A stretch of 32,000 nucleotides of DNA. It comes from Candidatus Lokiarchaeum ossiferum. Lineage in GTDB: Archaea > Asgardarchaeota > Lokiarchaeia > Sigyniarchaeales > Promethearchaeaceae. Below are positions 31,453-32,000 of the stretch, one piece after another. Each line of letters opens with the position of its first letter. Within the stretch, counting starts at the first letter, position 1. A program made the position numbers and the translations under genes. The stretch is from assembly GCA_025839675.1 (NCBI GenBank), contig CP104013.1, forward strand, positions 3,840,001 to 3,872,000, in the 5' to 3' direction. A model generated the notes under the pieces. It was not told the DNA's origin. It did no database searches and saw only the letters and a program-made list of their open reading frames with translations.

Positions 31453-32000
31453 TTATTGAACTTCTATTACTTGAGAACTCTTGTTTAGCAAATATTTGAT
31501 TTCTTTAGGTTTTATCAGGAAAAATAGAGGTAATGTAAACCAAATAACATGGAAATAATAGCTATAATCTATTTGGATAAATTTTGGTGTAATAAGAATT
31601 AATCTTAGCATTTCTATGGATTTTCCTAAGATAATAAAGATACCTAACAGTCCCCCAATCAAATTTAAAATGAAAATAAAAATAAGTCTATAATTTTTCT
31701 TCTTTTTGAATTCTGCAGTCATATGATCTTCTGCAAATATTTTCAAAGCAAAAATTATTCCAATCATCACAACAAAACCGATTGTATAGATAGGAAAAGT
31801 ATTGAAATTCAAGCCACAATAACCGAATAGAAGTAAAAATGGGGGAACGCCAAAGAAGTAAATATATGTAAAGATGTCTTTCAATGTTGAAAAGTTACTT
31901 ATTTTTTCTTTTTCCTTTACTTTTCTTTTATTTTCAAAACCTTCATGGGTTTTTCCATCAACAAGATCTGATTCCTTTTTGACATTTTTTTGGATTAATA
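31453..32000 (-). CDS. Paralogue of 29103..30890 (5-TM module plus linker), 5'-truncated by the window edge
   Basis: The 143 aa from the track align colinearly with the C-terminus of the 29103..30890 product. The track 'start' at 31884 is TTG. I translated 31885-32000 on the minus strand and found no stop (LIQKNVKKESDLVDGKTHEGFENKRKVKEKEKISNFST-), which matches the charged linker of the paralogue. Confidence 0.75.
   Translation of the reverse strand, partial: LIQKNVKKESDLVDGKTHEGFENKRKVKEKEKISNFSTLKDIFTYIYFFGVPPFLLLFGYCGLNFNTFPIYTIGFVVMIGIIFALKIFAEDHMTAEFKKKKNYRLIFIFILNLIGGLLGIFIILGKSIEMLRLILITPKFIQIDYSYYFHVIWFTLPLFFLIKPKEIKYLLNKSSQVIEVQ

Noticed and set aside
1-32000. Scan for tRNA/rRNA genes, CRISPR arrays, IS elements, integrases and long terminal or inverted repeats
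   Set aside because: No GC-rich tRNA-sized islands appear in the intergenic regions. There are no arrays of regularly spaced repeats, no transposase- or integrase-like translations, and no long repeats other than the paralogous 29103/31453 genes.

Overview
This is an AT-rich 32-kb window with about 30 protein-coding genes on both strands. I found no rRNA, tRNA, CRISPR array, transposase or integrase. All calls rest on by-eye motif reading of the supplied ORF translations and the DNA; no database search was run.

Expression signals look archaeal. TATA-like boxes (TTTATATA and similar) sit about 24-30 nt upstream of many start codons, which implies leaderless mRNAs. A few genes have GGAGG/GGTGA Shine-Dalgarno sites, and oligo-T tracts follow stop codons. 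The domain repertoire (LRR, FHA, classical C2H2 finger, Sec23/24-like Zn-ribbon-vWA, many NosD-like beta-helix proteins) resembles Asgard/Lokiarchaeia-type genomes, but I cannot establish lineage from the sequence.

Recognisable genes:
- a RelB-like/RelE toxin-antitoxin pair followed by ksgA/dim1
- a 2243-aa beta-helix/LamG/Ig-like surface protein
- a Zn-ribbon-vWA protein
- an MFS transporter
- a class I SAM methyltransferase
- an FHA protein
- a membrane-anchored PD-(D/E)xK-like protein
- a TM-Zn-ribbon-LRR protein
- a YhfF-type ASCH protein
- a DUF3795-like Cys-rich protein
- a PadR regulator translationally coupled to a DUF1700/HAAS-like membrane protein
- a C2H2 + PIN-like (DUF5615-type) fusion
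- ribA
- a tandem AbrB/SpoVT protein
- several uncharacterised membrane proteins

Most interesting observations:
1. The Zn-ribbon + vWA + beta-sandwich protein has the domain order of COPII Sec23/24.
2. A family of proteins fuses a NosD-like beta-helix ectodomain to a polytopic membrane module. There are three members. Two are tandem paralogues flanking an ABC-2/NosY-like permease fragment, and one of these runs off the window end. They lie in the lowest-GC parts of the window.
3. A perfect 10-bp tandem duplication splits a small anchored-protein gene.
4. An 18-bp perfect direct repeat with a degenerate third copy and an embedded 14-bp palindrome lies between two convergent genes.
5. A 29-nt relic of the MFS gene 3' end marks a probable rearrangement breakpoint.
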